A DNA stretch of 64,000 nt from Candidatus Omnitrophota bacterium. Lineage in GTDB: Bacteria > Omnitrophota > Gorgyraeia > Zapsychrales > Zapsychraceae. The translations under genes were made by a program, and so were the position numbers. Numbering within the stretch: position 1 is the stretch's first letter; every line of letters begins with the position of its first letter. Positions 1-11,700 of this stretch are shown piece after piece. The notes under the pieces are model-generated. The model was not told the DNA's origin and ran no database searches. It worked only from the letters and a program-made list of their open reading frames with translations. Location: positions 1,036,925-1,100,924 of the forward strand of contig JACKFL010000005.1 of the NCBI GenBank assembly GCA_020632495.1, written 5' to 3'.

Positions 1-1
1 T

Positions 2-496
2 GAGAGTTTTACTCTGTCGGACCATTTTGCCGAAGGCCCGGTCATCCTGGTCTTTTACCGCGGTGGTTGGTGCCCGTATTGCAACAAGCATCTTCAGTCC
101 CTGCAGGCGCGGATGCAAGACTTTGAAAAGTTCGGTGCCAGGCTGGTCGCGGTCAGCGTGGACACGGTCGAAAAGGCTGCCGAACCGGTGAAGGGACATA
201 ACCTGACCTTCGATGTCATCAGCAACCCCGAAGGCGATATCATTAAGGCCTACGGCCTGTCGTTCAAGGTCCCGGTGGAGATCCGGGAAAAATACAAGGA
301 ATACGGAATCGATCTGAAGGCGGCCAGCGGCCGGGATGACGGTTTGATCGCCGTCCCCGCCACCTATATAATAGATGAAGGCAAAATCATCTTTGCCTAT
401 GCCGATGAGGATTACACCAAACGGGCCACGCCGGAACAGATCCTCGCGGCCCTCGATGAGTGGCAGGCCGGACAACAGCCGATGCTGTTGCAGTAG
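2..496 (+). CDS. Thioredoxin-fold peroxiredoxin-like protein (PRX_like2/AhpC-TSA type with CxxC), 5' end outside window
   Basis: Frame 2 is open from the window edge. Translation reads ...GPVILVFYRGGWCPYCNKHLQSL...VPATYIIDEGKIIFAYADEDYTKR. WCPYC is a CxxC motif in an AhpC/TSA-like context. Paralogous to the CDS at 55635-56297. Confidence 0.85.
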   Translation, partial: ESFTLSDHFAEGPVILVFYRGGWCPYCNKHLQSLQARMQDFEKFGARLVAVSVDTVEKAAEPVKGHNLTFDVISNPEGDIIKAYGLSFKVPVEIREKYKEYGIDLKAASGRDDGLIAVPATYIIDEGKIIFAYADEDYTKRATPEQILAALDEWQAGQQPMLLQ

Positions 497-511
497 CCTG
501 CGGAGAAAACT

Positions 512-958
512 ATGTCACGCCGGAAAATTATCACTATCTCGATTATCTTCGTCGTTGTCTGCGTTTTATGGGCCGTGTGGTGGCTTTTTACGGCCCCCTC
601 GAACCCGGCGTATCAATTGCGGCATGCGAAGGACATGATCCGCAGGATGGGGACTGTCGATGAGTTAAACGGGGAAGTCCGCGCGATCATCAGAAAGTAC
701 GCGAACGAAATCGATTATCAGCATTACATCAATGAAACCGAACCGTTGTGCAAAAAGCTCTGCGTCCTGGGCAAGACGGTCGTGTATTACAAGGAGCACG
801 AAGGTTATCCCGCCAACGTTCAGGTGTATTATCCCAGCCGGCGGGCCTCGGAGCGCATCTATGTGATGGACCCGGACTGGACAGGCGCGATGCCCGATCA
901 TTGTGACGAGCGCGAGCTGGTGCCGGTCGAAGGCAACATATACTTTTGTCCGGTTTAA
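512..958 (+). CDS. Hypothetical membrane-anchored protein
   Basis: 148-aa ORF with an N-terminal hydrophobic anchor (ITISIIFVVVCVLWAVWWLF). Sits in the + strand gene series. No recognisable family. Confidence 0.55.
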   Translation: MSRRKIITISIIFVVVCVLWAVWWLFTAPSNPAYQLRHAKDMIRRMGTVDELNGEVRAIIRKYANEIDYQHYINETEPLCKKLCVLGKTVVYYKEHEGYPANVQVYYPSRRASERIYVMDPDWTGAMPDHCDERELVPVEGNIYFCPV

Positions 959-1557
959 ATCGCCTCCCTTATGATGCGAATGACCTCCCTACAAGCGGGC
1001 CTCTGGTTGACGGTGATATCGTTGTTCACCGCTTTTTGCCGGTTCAGGCCGCGGAACGGCTGACGCCGGAACAGGTCCGCGACTATTTGGCACAGCCCGG
1101 GGTGCACATGCTGATGCGCCACGCCTACGCGCCCGGGACCGGCGACCCCGAGCATCTCGATATTCAAGACTGTTCCACCCAGCGCAATCTCAACGATCAG
1201 GGACGGTCACAGGCGATGTCGCTGGGCAAAGAACTTCACCGATTCGGAATTCATTTTCACAAGATCTATACCAGCCAGTGGTGCCGTTGCAAGGAGACCG
1301 CTCGGCTATTGAAACACGACGTTCCGCTAGAAGAGCTGACCGACCTGAACAGCATCTGGAATCTCGACCGCGAACATGTTGAAGGGCAGACCCGACGGCT
1401 GCGTGAATTTATCGCCTCCCGGCCGCCGGGCGTGCCGCTGCTCTTTGTCACCCACCAGGCGAATATCCTGGCCCTCACCGAGGTCGGCGTCGCCTCGGGA
1501 CAGTCGGTATTGATCGAATACACCGACGGCCGCCTGCAAGTGCTCGGCATCTACTGA
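946..1557 (+). CDS. Histidine phosphatase superfamily protein (SixA/phosphoglycerate-mutase-like)
   Basis: Motifs LMRHAYAPGTGDP (RHG-like), NDQGRSQA and FVTHQANILAL. The start is uncertain: TTG at 946, or in-frame GTG 1102 / ATG 1108 just before the RHA motif. Confidence 0.7.
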   Translation: MSGLNRLPYDANDLPTSGPLVDGDIVVHRFLPVQAAERLTPEQVRDYLAQPGVHMLMRHAYAPGTGDPEHLDIQDCSTQRNLNDQGRSQAMSLGKELHRFGIHFHKIYTSQWCRCKETARLLKHDVPLEELTDLNSIWNLDREHVEGQTRRLREFIASRPPGVPLLFVTHQANILALTEVGVASGQSVLIEYTDGRLQVLGIY

Positions 1558-1628
1558 GCGCGGGATTGCCAAGCTCCCCGGAATATGGTATGAACTAGAG
1601 ACGCCGGCCGAAGGAGCGGCCCACTGCC

Positions 1629-2657
1629 ATGGAACCCATCGAGAAATTTATTGCCCAACCGAGCGCGGCCTATGCGGTCGATCCGAAATACTTCAAGTAT
1701 TATGCCGATTTACGTGACGCCCCGCGTACCGGAGATATGATTTACGGCGAGATCGCCCGCGTCAGCGATGATTCTTATCTCGAAAACAAATCAGGCCGAT
1801 TGCATCTCATTCAGGACGGGACCCGGGGGTTGTTCGTCATGGGTAACCGCTACGCGCCGGATTATTTCGAAGGGTACGTCCCGTCATCGTATGTGAGGGA
1901 GGTGGACCTGCTGGAGCGTTCCGGCGTGGTCGGCCTAGTAAAGACCAAAAATTCGGCACGCAAAGACCCGACCCGGATCCGGGTCCTGGGTTATGTCTGC
2001 CACAAAGACGGAACGATCGTCAACACCCGCGACCATTCTCTGATCCATCCCCGTCAGTCCGTCAAGAAGGAACCGCGGGCGCGGATGGTCCTGGTGTGCG
2101 GGACCGCGATGAATTCCGGTAAGACCATGGCCGCGGCGGCATGCTGCCGGGTGCTCAGCGCACTGGGTCACAAGGTCTACGCCGCCAAGATTACCGGTAT
2201 GGCCAGCCTCAAGGACCTCTTCGCCATGAACGACGCGGGCGCCGAGGAGTGCGCCGACTTCACGCGGTTCGGTCATCCCGGCACCTATCTTCTGGAGAAA
2301 AGTGATCTGCTGGAAATCTTTGACAAACTCGATCTGCAATACGCCGGCAACTCGCGCGATTACTGGGTGGTGGAGCTCGCCGACGGTATCATCCAGCGCG
2401 AGACCGCCATGCTGCTGGAGTCGCCTGCGGTCCAATCCCGGATCCACCGGCTGGTCTTCTGCGCGGCTGATGCCTTCGGGGCAATCGGCGGACTGCGCAT
2501 CCTCAAGGAACATTTCCATCTCGAACCCGACATGATCTCCGGGGTCTGTTCCAGCTCGCCCTTGCACATCCGCGAGCTGTCGGACTTCACCGATATCCCG
2601 GTCTTCAACAGTCTGGAGGCCGACGTTCAGGAGCTCCGCGGTTGTCTCGGCCTGTAA
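1629..2657 (+). CDS. P-loop-containing hypothetical protein (DUF1611-like architecture, tentative)
   Basis: 342-aa ORF. Walker-A-like VLVCGTAMNSGKTMAAAA followed by ...VVELADGIIQRE. The family assignment comes from memory of the architecture only. Confidence 0.6.
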   Translation: MEPIEKFIAQPSAAYAVDPKYFKYYADLRDAPRTGDMIYGEIARVSDDSYLENKSGRLHLIQDGTRGLFVMGNRYAPDYFEGYVPSSYVREVDLLERSGVVGLVKTKNSARKDPTRIRVLGYVCHKDGTIVNTRDHSLIHPRQSVKKEPRARMVLVCGTAMNSGKTMAAAACCRVLSALGHKVYAAKITGMASLKDLFAMNDAGAEECADFTRFGHPGTYLLEKSDLLEIFDKLDLQYAGNSRDYWVVELADGIIQRETAMLLESPAVQSRIHRLVFCAADAFGAIGGLRILKEHFHLEPDMISGVCSSSPLHIRELSDFTDIPVFNSLEADVQELRGCLGL

Positions 2658-2798
2658 TCTTGGCTGCTGTTCACCCGCATCGCTGCAGCAATAATCCGGT
2701 TCTTCAGCCGTATCATCACCTGCCATTTTCTAATGCCGCAAAGCGTTTATTACCAATAACTTAATTTGGGTATGCCCATGCGGGTCCTGATGTTACCC

Positions 2799-2826
2799 GT
2801 TGACAAAATCGCATTTTGGTTGTAAT
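2799..2826 (+). promoter_or_regulatory. Sigma-70-like promoter of groESL (TTGACA-16 nt-TGTAAT)
   Basis: TTGACA at 2799-2804 and TGTAAT at 2821-2826, immediately upstream of the CIRCE element and groES. Confidence 0.6.
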
Positions 2827-2853
2827 TTAGCAGACTAAGAGAAAGAGTGCTAA
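2827..2853 (+). promoter_or_regulatory. CIRCE (HrcA operator) inverted repeat
   Basis: TTAGCAGAC-N9-GAGTGCTAA versus the consensus TTAGCACTC-N9-GAGTGCTAA. The right half is perfect and the left half matches 7/9. It lies 63 nt upstream of groES. Confidence 0.85.
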
Positions 2854-2915
2854 GAAATAAGAGGCACGGAAAGCATACCCATTTACAGAACCATCAGTTA
2901 AGAAGGAGGAGTTCG

Positions 2916-3209
2916 ATGAAACTGCAACCGTTGGGCGATCGCGTGATCGTCAGACCGTTGAAGGCCGAGGAAATCACCAAGGGCGGGATTGTCCTGCCGG
3001 ACACGGCCAAAGAAAAACCGTATGAAGGCGAGATCATTGCCGCCGGCAAAGGCCGCGTCCGCGATGACGGCAGCGTGAAGGCGCTGGACGTCAAGGTCGG
3101 CGACCGGGTTCTCTACAGCAAGTACGGGGGCAACGAGATCAAGATGCATGATAACGGCGAAGAGGTCCTGATTATGCATGAAAGCGACATCCTCGCGATC
3201 GTCAAATAA
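2916..3209 (+). CDS. groES: Co-chaperonin GroES
   Basis: MKLQPLGDRVIVRPLKAEEITKGGIVLPDTAKEKP... AGGAGGA Shine-Dalgarno at 2904-2910. The track ORF start at 2847 is an upstream extension. Confidence 0.97.
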   Translation: MKLQPLGDRVIVRPLKAEEITKGGIVLPDTAKEKPYEGEIIAAGKGRVRDDGSVKALDVKVGDRVLYSKYGGNEIKMHDNGEEVLIMHESDILAIVK

Positions 3210-3230
3210 ATTTGGTTTGTCACGACATAA

Positions 3231-4871
<1,641 letters not shown>

Positions 4872-4883
4872 GCAATACAATCG

Positions 4884-4918
4884 CAGGTCCCGGCCCGACG
4901 GCCGGGACCTGTTTTTTT
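4884..4918 (+). terminator. Rho-independent terminator after groEL
   Basis: Perfect 12-bp stem CAGGTCCCGGCC/GGCCGGGACCTG with a 4-nt loop, followed by T7. Confidence 0.85.
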
Positions 4919-4960
4919 AACCGCTCGGGAAACCCGGCCATCAATCGAAAGGAGGCAATC

Positions 4961-5596
4961 ATGTATCGAAAAATGACGAGTACGTTAATCGTAAGCGCAC
5001 TGATCGCTTCGTTCGCAGCGATGAGCGGCGTATCATTCGCACAACAGCAAAGCGTGGAAGAGCAAACCGTAGAGGAGTTGCGAGAGCAGCTCGAAATGCT
5101 CAAAAACCGCGTCGAGGAACTCGAACAGCAGAATCAACGCCCCCCGCAAGAAGACTCCTGGGACCGTTACAACCAACGTCAACAGCAGTGGGACCCGTTT
5201 GCCGAGATGGACCGCATGCAGGCCGAGATGAACCGCATGTTCGAGAGCGCCTTCAACAACCGGTCCGGCAGCAACGGCGGCATGTTCAGCAGTTCGATGG
5301 GCTACAACTATAACATCGACATGAAAGAGACTGACGACGGTTACGTGATCACCTTCGATATGCACGGATTGGATCAGGACAAGATCGATATTCAGGTCAA
5401 TACGAGCTCTATTACCATCAAAGGACAGCATTCCAATGAAGAAACCGGACAAGGTCCCAACCAGTTCTTCCAGGCGCAGACCTTCGGTTCCTTTATGCAG
5501 ACCATCCCGTTGCCGACCGATGCAAACACGGCCAAGATCAAGACTGAAAAGAAAGGAGACAGCCTTGTTATCACCATGCCGAAAAAGAGTACTTAG
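4961..5596 (+). CDS. Hsp20/alpha-crystallin small heat-shock protein with N-terminal signal peptide
   Basis: Alpha-crystallin domain (DMKETDDGYVITFDMHGLDQDKIDIQV...FMQTIPLPTDANTAKIKTEKKGDSLVITMPK). N-terminus MYRKMTSTLIVSALIASFAAMSGVSFAQQ resembles a Sec signal. AAGGAGG Shine-Dalgarno. Confidence 0.85.
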   Translation: MYRKMTSTLIVSALIASFAAMSGVSFAQQQSVEEQTVEELREQLEMLKNRVEELEQQNQRPPQEDSWDRYNQRQQQWDPFAEMDRMQAEMNRMFESAFNNRSGSNGGMFSSSMGYNYNIDMKETDDGYVITFDMHGLDQDKIDIQVNTSSITIKGQHSNEETGQGPNQFFQAQTFGSFMQTIPLPTDANTAKIKTEKKGDSLVITMPKKST

Positions 5597-6626
5597 CGCG
5601 GTGATCATGACAGGGTTGTTGTTTTATGGCGGACCGTCCGCCGCAGCGGACTTGCAACCCGACGAGCTGGCGACCATCGCGGTCTTCGAGCGGATCTCAC
5701 CGTCGGTCGTTTCGATCAAGAACGCGTCTTTGCAGTGGGATTGGTTCTCGGCCAATATTTACGAGATTCCGCAGGGCGCCGGGTCCGGATTCATCTGGGA
5801 TGAAGAAGGCCATATCGTCACCAATTTTCACGTTATTTTCCGCGCCGACCGGATCCACGTGACCTTGTCCGATCAAAAGACCTATGACGCCAAGGTGGTC
5901 GGCATCGCCCCGAACCACGATCTGGCGGTCTTGCAAGTGGACGCGCCCAAGGAGTTGTTGAAGCCCATACCCGTGGGCAGCTCCCGCGATTTAAAGGTGG
6001 GGCAGCGCGCGCTTTCCATCGGAAACCCGTTCGGGCTGGACTATTCGCTCAGCACGGGGGTGGTCAGCGCGCTGGGGCGCACCATGCGCTCGATCGGCGG
6101 CCGGCAGATTTATGACGTCATTCAGACCGACGCGGCCATCAATCCCGGCAACTCCGGCGGGCCGTTGCTGGATTCGTCCGGAGACCTGATCGGGGTCGCC
6201 ACCATGATCTATAGCCCGTCCGGGGCATCGGCCGGAGTGGGGTTCGCGATACCCGTCAACACGGTTAAACGTGTAGTCCCGCAACTCATTGAGTACGGTA
6301 AAGTGAAACGCGCCGGTCTGGGCGTGGTCCTTGTGCCCGACGTGTACATGAAACGGCTGGGACTGACAGGCGCGATGATCCTCGAGGTGCAGCCCGGCGG
6401 CGCGGCCGCGCGCGCGGGACTGCGGCCCACCACCCGCAACCGTTACGGGGACGTGGCCTACGGCGATGTGATCGTTTCCGTCGACAACGAACCGGTCGGG
6501 TCCAATGAGGACCTGGTGGGATACGTTGAGAAGAACAAGGCCGTCGGTGACGAGGTGAATGTCCGTTTTATGCGCCAGAATAAAGAGTTCGGCACGACCG
6601 TGACCCTGCAGGAACTGGGCCGTTAG
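5565..6626 (+). CDS. htrA: HtrA/DegP-family S1C serine protease with one PDZ domain
   Basis: Catalytic motifs TNFHV, DLAVL and GNSGGPLLD, plus a C-terminal PDZ-like region. I prefer TTG 5565: AAGGAG lies 6 nt upstream, and it gives the signal peptide MLSPCRKRVLSAVIMTGLLFYGGPSAAA. Alternatives are GTG 5601 and ATG 5607. The track start at 5436 overlaps hsp20 too deeply. Confidence 0.85.
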   Translation: MLSPCRKRVLSAVIMTGLLFYGGPSAAADLQPDELATIAVFERISPSVVSIKNASLQWDWFSANIYEIPQGAGSGFIWDEEGHIVTNFHVIFRADRIHVTLSDQKTYDAKVVGIAPNHDLAVLQVDAPKELLKPIPVGSSRDLKVGQRALSIGNPFGLDYSLSTGVVSALGRTMRSIGGRQIYDVIQTDAAINPGNSGGPLLDSSGDLIGVATMIYSPSGASAGVGFAIPVNTVKRVVPQLIEYGKVKRAGLGVVLVPDVYMKRLGLTGAMILEVQPGGAAARAGLRPTTRNRYGDVAYGDVIVSVDNEPVGSNEDLVGYVEKNKAVGDEVNVRFMRQNKEFGTTVTLQELGR

Positions 6627-6662
6627 CCGCAACGCGAGTGAACACGAAAGGAAAACCGAATC

Positions 6663-8513
6663 ATGACACAGAAGCAAGCCGAAACCTTTGAATACCAAGC
6701 CGAGATGAAGCAGCTGTTGCATCTCATCGTCCATTCCCTGTACACACACCCGGAAGTTTTCCTGCGCGAGCTGATTTCCAACGCCTCGGACGCTCTGAAC
6801 AAAGTCCGCTACCGTCAGCTCACCGACCAGGACCTGCTCGACAAGGACAAGGAACTGGCCATCCGCATCACGCTCGACGCGGAAAACAAGACGTTCAGCA
6901 TCGAAGACTGCGGGACCGGGATGACCAAGGACGAGCTGATCTCCAATATCGGGACGGTGGCCCGCTCCGGGACGCGCGAGTTCCTGCAGAAGTTGAAGGA
7001 AGACCAGAAGAACGCCGGCGATCTGATCGGCCAGTTCGGGGTCGGGTTTTATTCGGTGTTCATGGTCACCGATGAGGTCACCGTGGAGACACGCGCCGCG
7101 GACAAAGATTCGCAGGGTTATCGCTGGACATCCGCCGGCGAGGGCAGCTACACCGTCGAGGAGATCGACAAACCGGACCGCGGCACCCGGATTACCTTCA
7201 CGCTGAAGGACGACCACAAGGACTTTGCCGAACCCTTCATGATTAAGGAAGTGATCAAGAAGTACTCCAACTTCGCGGACTTTCCGATTTACGTCGGGGA
7301 AGACAAGGTCAATACGGTCGAAGCGATCTGGCGCAAGAGCGAAAAGGAAGTGAAAGACGAGGAGCGCAACGAATTCTACAAGTTCATCACCAACGACTAC
7401 GACGATCCGCTGGCGAGTACTCACCTTAACATCGAAGGGGCCGGGGCGTCGTTCAAGGCGCTGCTTTTTATCCCGCGGCGCGCGCCGTACGACCTGATGC
7501 GCACCCAGCAGCACAAGACGTTGCAGCTCTACACCAACAAGATCATGATCATGGACGACTGCAAGGACCTGCTGCCGGAATATCTGCAGTTCCTGCGCGG
7601 GGTCGTCGATACCAGCGACCTGCCGTTGAACGTGTCGCGTGAGGTGGTCCAGAAGACCCAGGCCATGGCCAAGATCAAGACGGCACTGACCGGAAAGGTC
7701 CTGCAGTGGCTCAAGCGCATGGCCAACAAAGACACTGAGACATTTCTGCAGTTTTATAAGACCTTCGGCCAGCTTTTCAAGTCGGGGCTTAATTCCGACT
7801 TTGCCAACCGCGACAAGCTGCTTGAACTGCTGCGCTTTGAGACCTCGACGCTGAAAGGCGGCGAGTTGACGTCGTTCAAGGACTATGTCGGCCGGATGAA
7901 GGAAGACCAGAAGGAGATTTACTATCTGACCGGCGACCACCGTGATCACGTGGAGCGCAATCCGAACCTCGAATACTTCCGCAAACACGACCTGGAGGTC
8001 CTGCTGTTGATCGACCCGGTCGACGCGTTTATCATCCCGGGCATCACGGAATACGACGGCAAGCCGGTCAAGGCCATCGACAAGGATGATCTGGAATTGC
8101 CCAAGGCCGCCGGCGATGATGAGAAGAAGGACGACAAACTGTCGGAGTCCCTGCTCGGGTTGTTCAAGGATACCCTGAAGGATAAGGTCGAGGACGTGAA
8201 GGTCTCCAAGCGCCTGGTCGACTCGGCCGTCACGCTGGTGACCGGCAAGGACGGCATGGACCGGCAGATGGAGCGGATGATGAAGATGATGGGCCAGGAC
8301 GCGCCCGCGGGCAAGCGCGTGATGGAGGTCAACATCGATCACCCGGTCTTAAAGAACCTGTCGCGCCGCTACTTAGCCAACGCCTCGGACCCGATGCTCA
8401 AAAAGTGCATCGTCCAGCTCTACGAAAGCGCCCAGCTGATGGACGGTGAACTCCCCAGCCGCGCCGATTACATCAACCGCATGATGGAGATCATGGAAGA
8501 AGCGACAAAATAA
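6663..8513 (+). CDS. htpG: Hsp90-family chaperone HtpG
   Basis: 616 aa. Motifs ELISNASDALNK and GQFGVGFYS (GHKL N-domain), full-length HtpG-like. Confidence 0.97.
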   Translation: MTQKQAETFEYQAEMKQLLHLIVHSLYTHPEVFLRELISNASDALNKVRYRQLTDQDLLDKDKELAIRITLDAENKTFSIEDCGTGMTKDELISNIGTVARSGTREFLQKLKEDQKNAGDLIGQFGVGFYSVFMVTDEVTVETRAADKDSQGYRWTSAGEGSYTVEEIDKPDRGTRITFTLKDDHKDFAEPFMIKEVIKKYSNFADFPIYVGEDKVNTVEAIWRKSEKEVKDEERNEFYKFITNDYDDPLASTHLNIEGAGASFKALLFIPRRAPYDLMRTQQHKTLQLYTNKIMIMDDCKDLLPEYLQFLRGVVDTSDLPLNVSREVVQKTQAMAKIKTALTGKVLQWLKRMANKDTETFLQFYKTFGQLFKSGLNSDFANRDKLLELLRFETSTLKGGELTSFKDYVGRMKEDQKEIYYLTGDHRDHVERNPNLEYFRKHDLEVLLLIDPVDAFIIPGITEYDGKPVKAIDKDDLELPKAAGDDEKKDDKLSESLLGLFKDTLKDKVEDVKVSKRLVDSAVTLVTGKDGMDRQMERMMKMMGQDAPAGKRVMEVNIDHPVLKNLSRRYLANASDPMLKKCIVQLYESAQLMDGELPSRADYINRMMEIMEEATK

Positions 8514-8522
8514 GAGCCTCCG

Positions 8523-8566
8523 GCCCGTCTGTTGAGGGATTATTACCCGGCAGACGGGCTTTTTTT
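8523..8566 (+). terminator. Rho-independent terminator after htpG
   Basis: Stem GCCCGTCTG (8523-8531) pairs with CAGACGGGC (8551-8559), followed by T7. Confidence 0.75.
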
Positions 8567-8584
8567 GTGCGTAACGCCACCTAA

Positions 8585-8612
8585 TTGAATTATTTGCATT
8601 TCTATATATATT
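8585..8612 (+). promoter_or_regulatory. Candidate promoter in the AT-rich island upstream of the giant ORF (TTGAAT-16 nt-TATATT)
   Basis: Hexamers read by eye within an AT-rich stretch (about 22% GC by hand count over 8581-8640). No experimental support. Confidence 0.3.
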
Positions 8613-8721
8613 AGTTATACTACTGATAGTACTGCAGTTTCACACCATCCCCAATCCAACCAGATGAGTACACGGAACCCTTGATCGAGCGGGTTTTGCT
8701 GTATTCCCCTATTTAGCCAAG

Positions 8722-11700
8722 ATGTTTCAAGTATTTGCAAATAAAAGGTTTGCGCCTCTGCGGCGGTTTTGTTGTGCCGTCCTGGGGGCGGTCTTTGCCT
8801 GCGGATCGCTGACGCCGCCGGCCGCGGCCCAGACCGTGCCCGCGGTCATTCTGCCGCCGGTCGGAGCCATGGTCCAGACCACCGCCGCCTATCTGCCGGT
8901 CACCATGCTCGGCTTGACCGTCCGTCCCGAAGACCCGCTGCAACTGGATTTCATCATCGACGGCGGGCAGACCGGCCTGACCGGCGCGGGGTTAAAGTCC
9001 GAATCGGCCAAGCTGATCAATTATTTTCTGACCGCCCTGACCCTGCCCGAAGACCAGTTGTGGGTCAACCTTTCCCCCTATGAAAAAGACCGCATCATAC
9101 CCGACACCTTATCGCGCACCGAGATGGGCCGCGACATGCTCGCGCAGGATTATCTGCTCAAACAGCTGACCGCCTCCCTGATGTATCCGGAAGACGAACT
9201 CGGCCGCCGCTTTTGGGACCGCATCATTCAGGAAAGCTATCAGCGTTACGGCACCACCGACCTGCCGGCCAGCACCTTCAACAAGATCTGGATCATCCCC
9301 GAATACGCCCACGTCTACAAGCGTGACGGCAGTGTGTTCGTGGTCGACAGTCACCTGAGCGTCATGCTGGAAGAAGACTATCTGGCCGCGGCGGGCCATA
9401 GCGGGGAGGCTCCGGGCGATACCGATGTGCTGGACGAGGCCACCAAGGAACTCATCCGTGAGATCATGATCCCGGCCATCGAGCGCGAGATCAACACGGG
9501 CGAAAACTTCGCCCAGCTGCGCCAAATTTTCAATTCGATGATCCTGGCGGTATGGTACAAAAAGAATCTCAAAGAAAGCCTGCTCGGGCAGGTGTACGCC
9601 GACCGCCAACTGGTCAAGGGTGTCGACCACGTCGATCCGGGATTGAAGCAGGAGATTTATGGCCGGTATCTCGCCGCCTTCCGCAAAGGCGTGTTCGATT
9701 ACGTGAGAGAGGACCTTGATCCGGTCAGCCACGAACCCGTTCCGCGAAAGTATTTTTCGGGCGGTGTCGCCGCCATCGATCAGGCCCAGATCGCGGAGGT
9801 TGACGGTGCGCTGCCGGAAACCTTTGCCGCCAATCTTCACGACACGTTCACTGTTCGCGTGAATTTAACCACGATCGGGGGCGATCCGGATGCGGCGGTA
9901 CTCGCCGAAGAAAGGGGCTGGTCACAACCGCACATCAGCGCTTCGAGGGAACGGATTGAATCCTTACTGGCCTTTGAGGCCTCTCTGAACAGATTCTATC
10001 CGACCCCGTTGACCGGCGGCTGGCTGGAAGCGCAATCCGATGTGATTGTCACCCGGATTATGCGGTTGCTGGAAACACGCAAGCCCCGCGTGATCACCGC
10101 CGATACGCGGAAGTTTGTTGAGGCCCTGGTGATTCATCTGCTGGTCAATTCGATGGACGGGTATTTGCAACGGACGGACGGCCTCGCAGACCGGGCCGAC
10201 GAGTTCGAGTTCACGTTCGATTCACTGGTGGACGGCGAAACGCTGGTCTTGCGTTTTACGGATAACGGCACGGCGCCCGCTCAAGCTGAGGACACCGCGG
10301 CCAAACAACAGGCGATGCGGCAACAGCGTCCGCGTTTCGGGGGGCGGGGCCAGGCGCGTTCGTATCATTTGCCGTATTTGTTGCGGCAGTTGGGACGCCA
10401 GGTCCCCGTTTCGCTTCAGGAGCGCGCGGACGGACACCCGGGCACGGTCACGGAACTGCGGATTTCTCTCACCGACGCGGCCATCCTGATCGACGGCGGC
10501 GACATCCCGGCCTTCAAGGACAGCGAGGAAGTCCTGGCGGATATGCTTGCCGACGGCGACCTTCCGCTGAACGTCAAGCTCTGGCACGCCCTGGAGTTCC
10601 TGGACCGGGTCCGGCATTGGGTCTCCGAAGAGAACTTTGTGGATTCCGATACGCTGGATATCTACCGCCGCGCCTTGACGCTCGTCGAGCCCCCGCGCCA
10701 GTATGACGACCGGAATCTGCTGCGCGCCGAGGCCCAAGGCGGATTGCTGCATGATCTGTACCTGCGCCAGCTCGAGGTCCTGGCGGAGATGGCCGACAGT
10801 ACTCAGCGGTTGCTGCTAATGGAACCGGAGATCATGCTGGAAGATTTGGAGACGCGCATTCTCCGGGCGCATCCGCGTGTCGGGATGCTGACCGGCACGC
10901 AGTATGTCAGCGTCAAGACCAAGCTGATGAAGCTGTTGTCCGATCAAAACCGGGTCCAGCATATTTATGACCGTATCGCGACCAAATATCCCGTGCGCGA
11001 ATACGAACGCACCGCGCGTACCGTACAGCTGTGGGAGAAACTCGTTCCAGGCGACCGGGACCTTGTCGACTACCTGATCGTCCTGGATAAAGACACCATG
11101 CCTTCCGGTGTGGACGGCATGGCCCTGATTCCGGAGGCCCGGACCCTGGTCGTCAGCGAAGAGGCGTTTATGGACGCCGGCCGCCGCCGCGGCGAGATCG
11201 AGGTCGAGCATGTCCTTACGGAGAAACAGATTTTAGCGGTGACCGATGCCATCACCGCGCGGCGGAACATCAACTTCAGCCAGGCACGCGCCGGCCTTGA
11301 CGGACTGCGTGAGCGTATGGCGCCGATCTTTACCGAACTGTTCGGGGAGGGATCGCCGGTGCCGCGCTTCGCGTATCTGCGGCCGTCGCCCACGGCCCTG
11401 GTCGTCGAAATGGATAATGACTCCTTGCTCGCGTTGCGTGAGGCCTCGACAAAAGAGATCACCGAGAAGGTGGCCGCGGCGGACATCGACCGCGACATTG
11501 ATTTGGGGGAGGAAGAAGCCGCCCGATTCCGTCAGCTGCGCGAACTGATGCAGCGCTATCCGGAATACATCGCTATCAATTACCACGATGAACTGATCGC
11601 CTATCTGACCGGCGGTGTTCTGCGTACCACTAACGTGGACGGTCTGCTCGAATATTACCGCCGGAATTATCAGAATGCCTTATATACCCTGATCGACGCG

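Noticed and set aside
5991-8342. 783-aa minus-strand ORF
   Set aside because: It lies exactly antisense to htpG, whose identity is unambiguous. The translation is low-complexity (R/G/L/V/D/Q-rich), as expected for a high-GC shadow frame.
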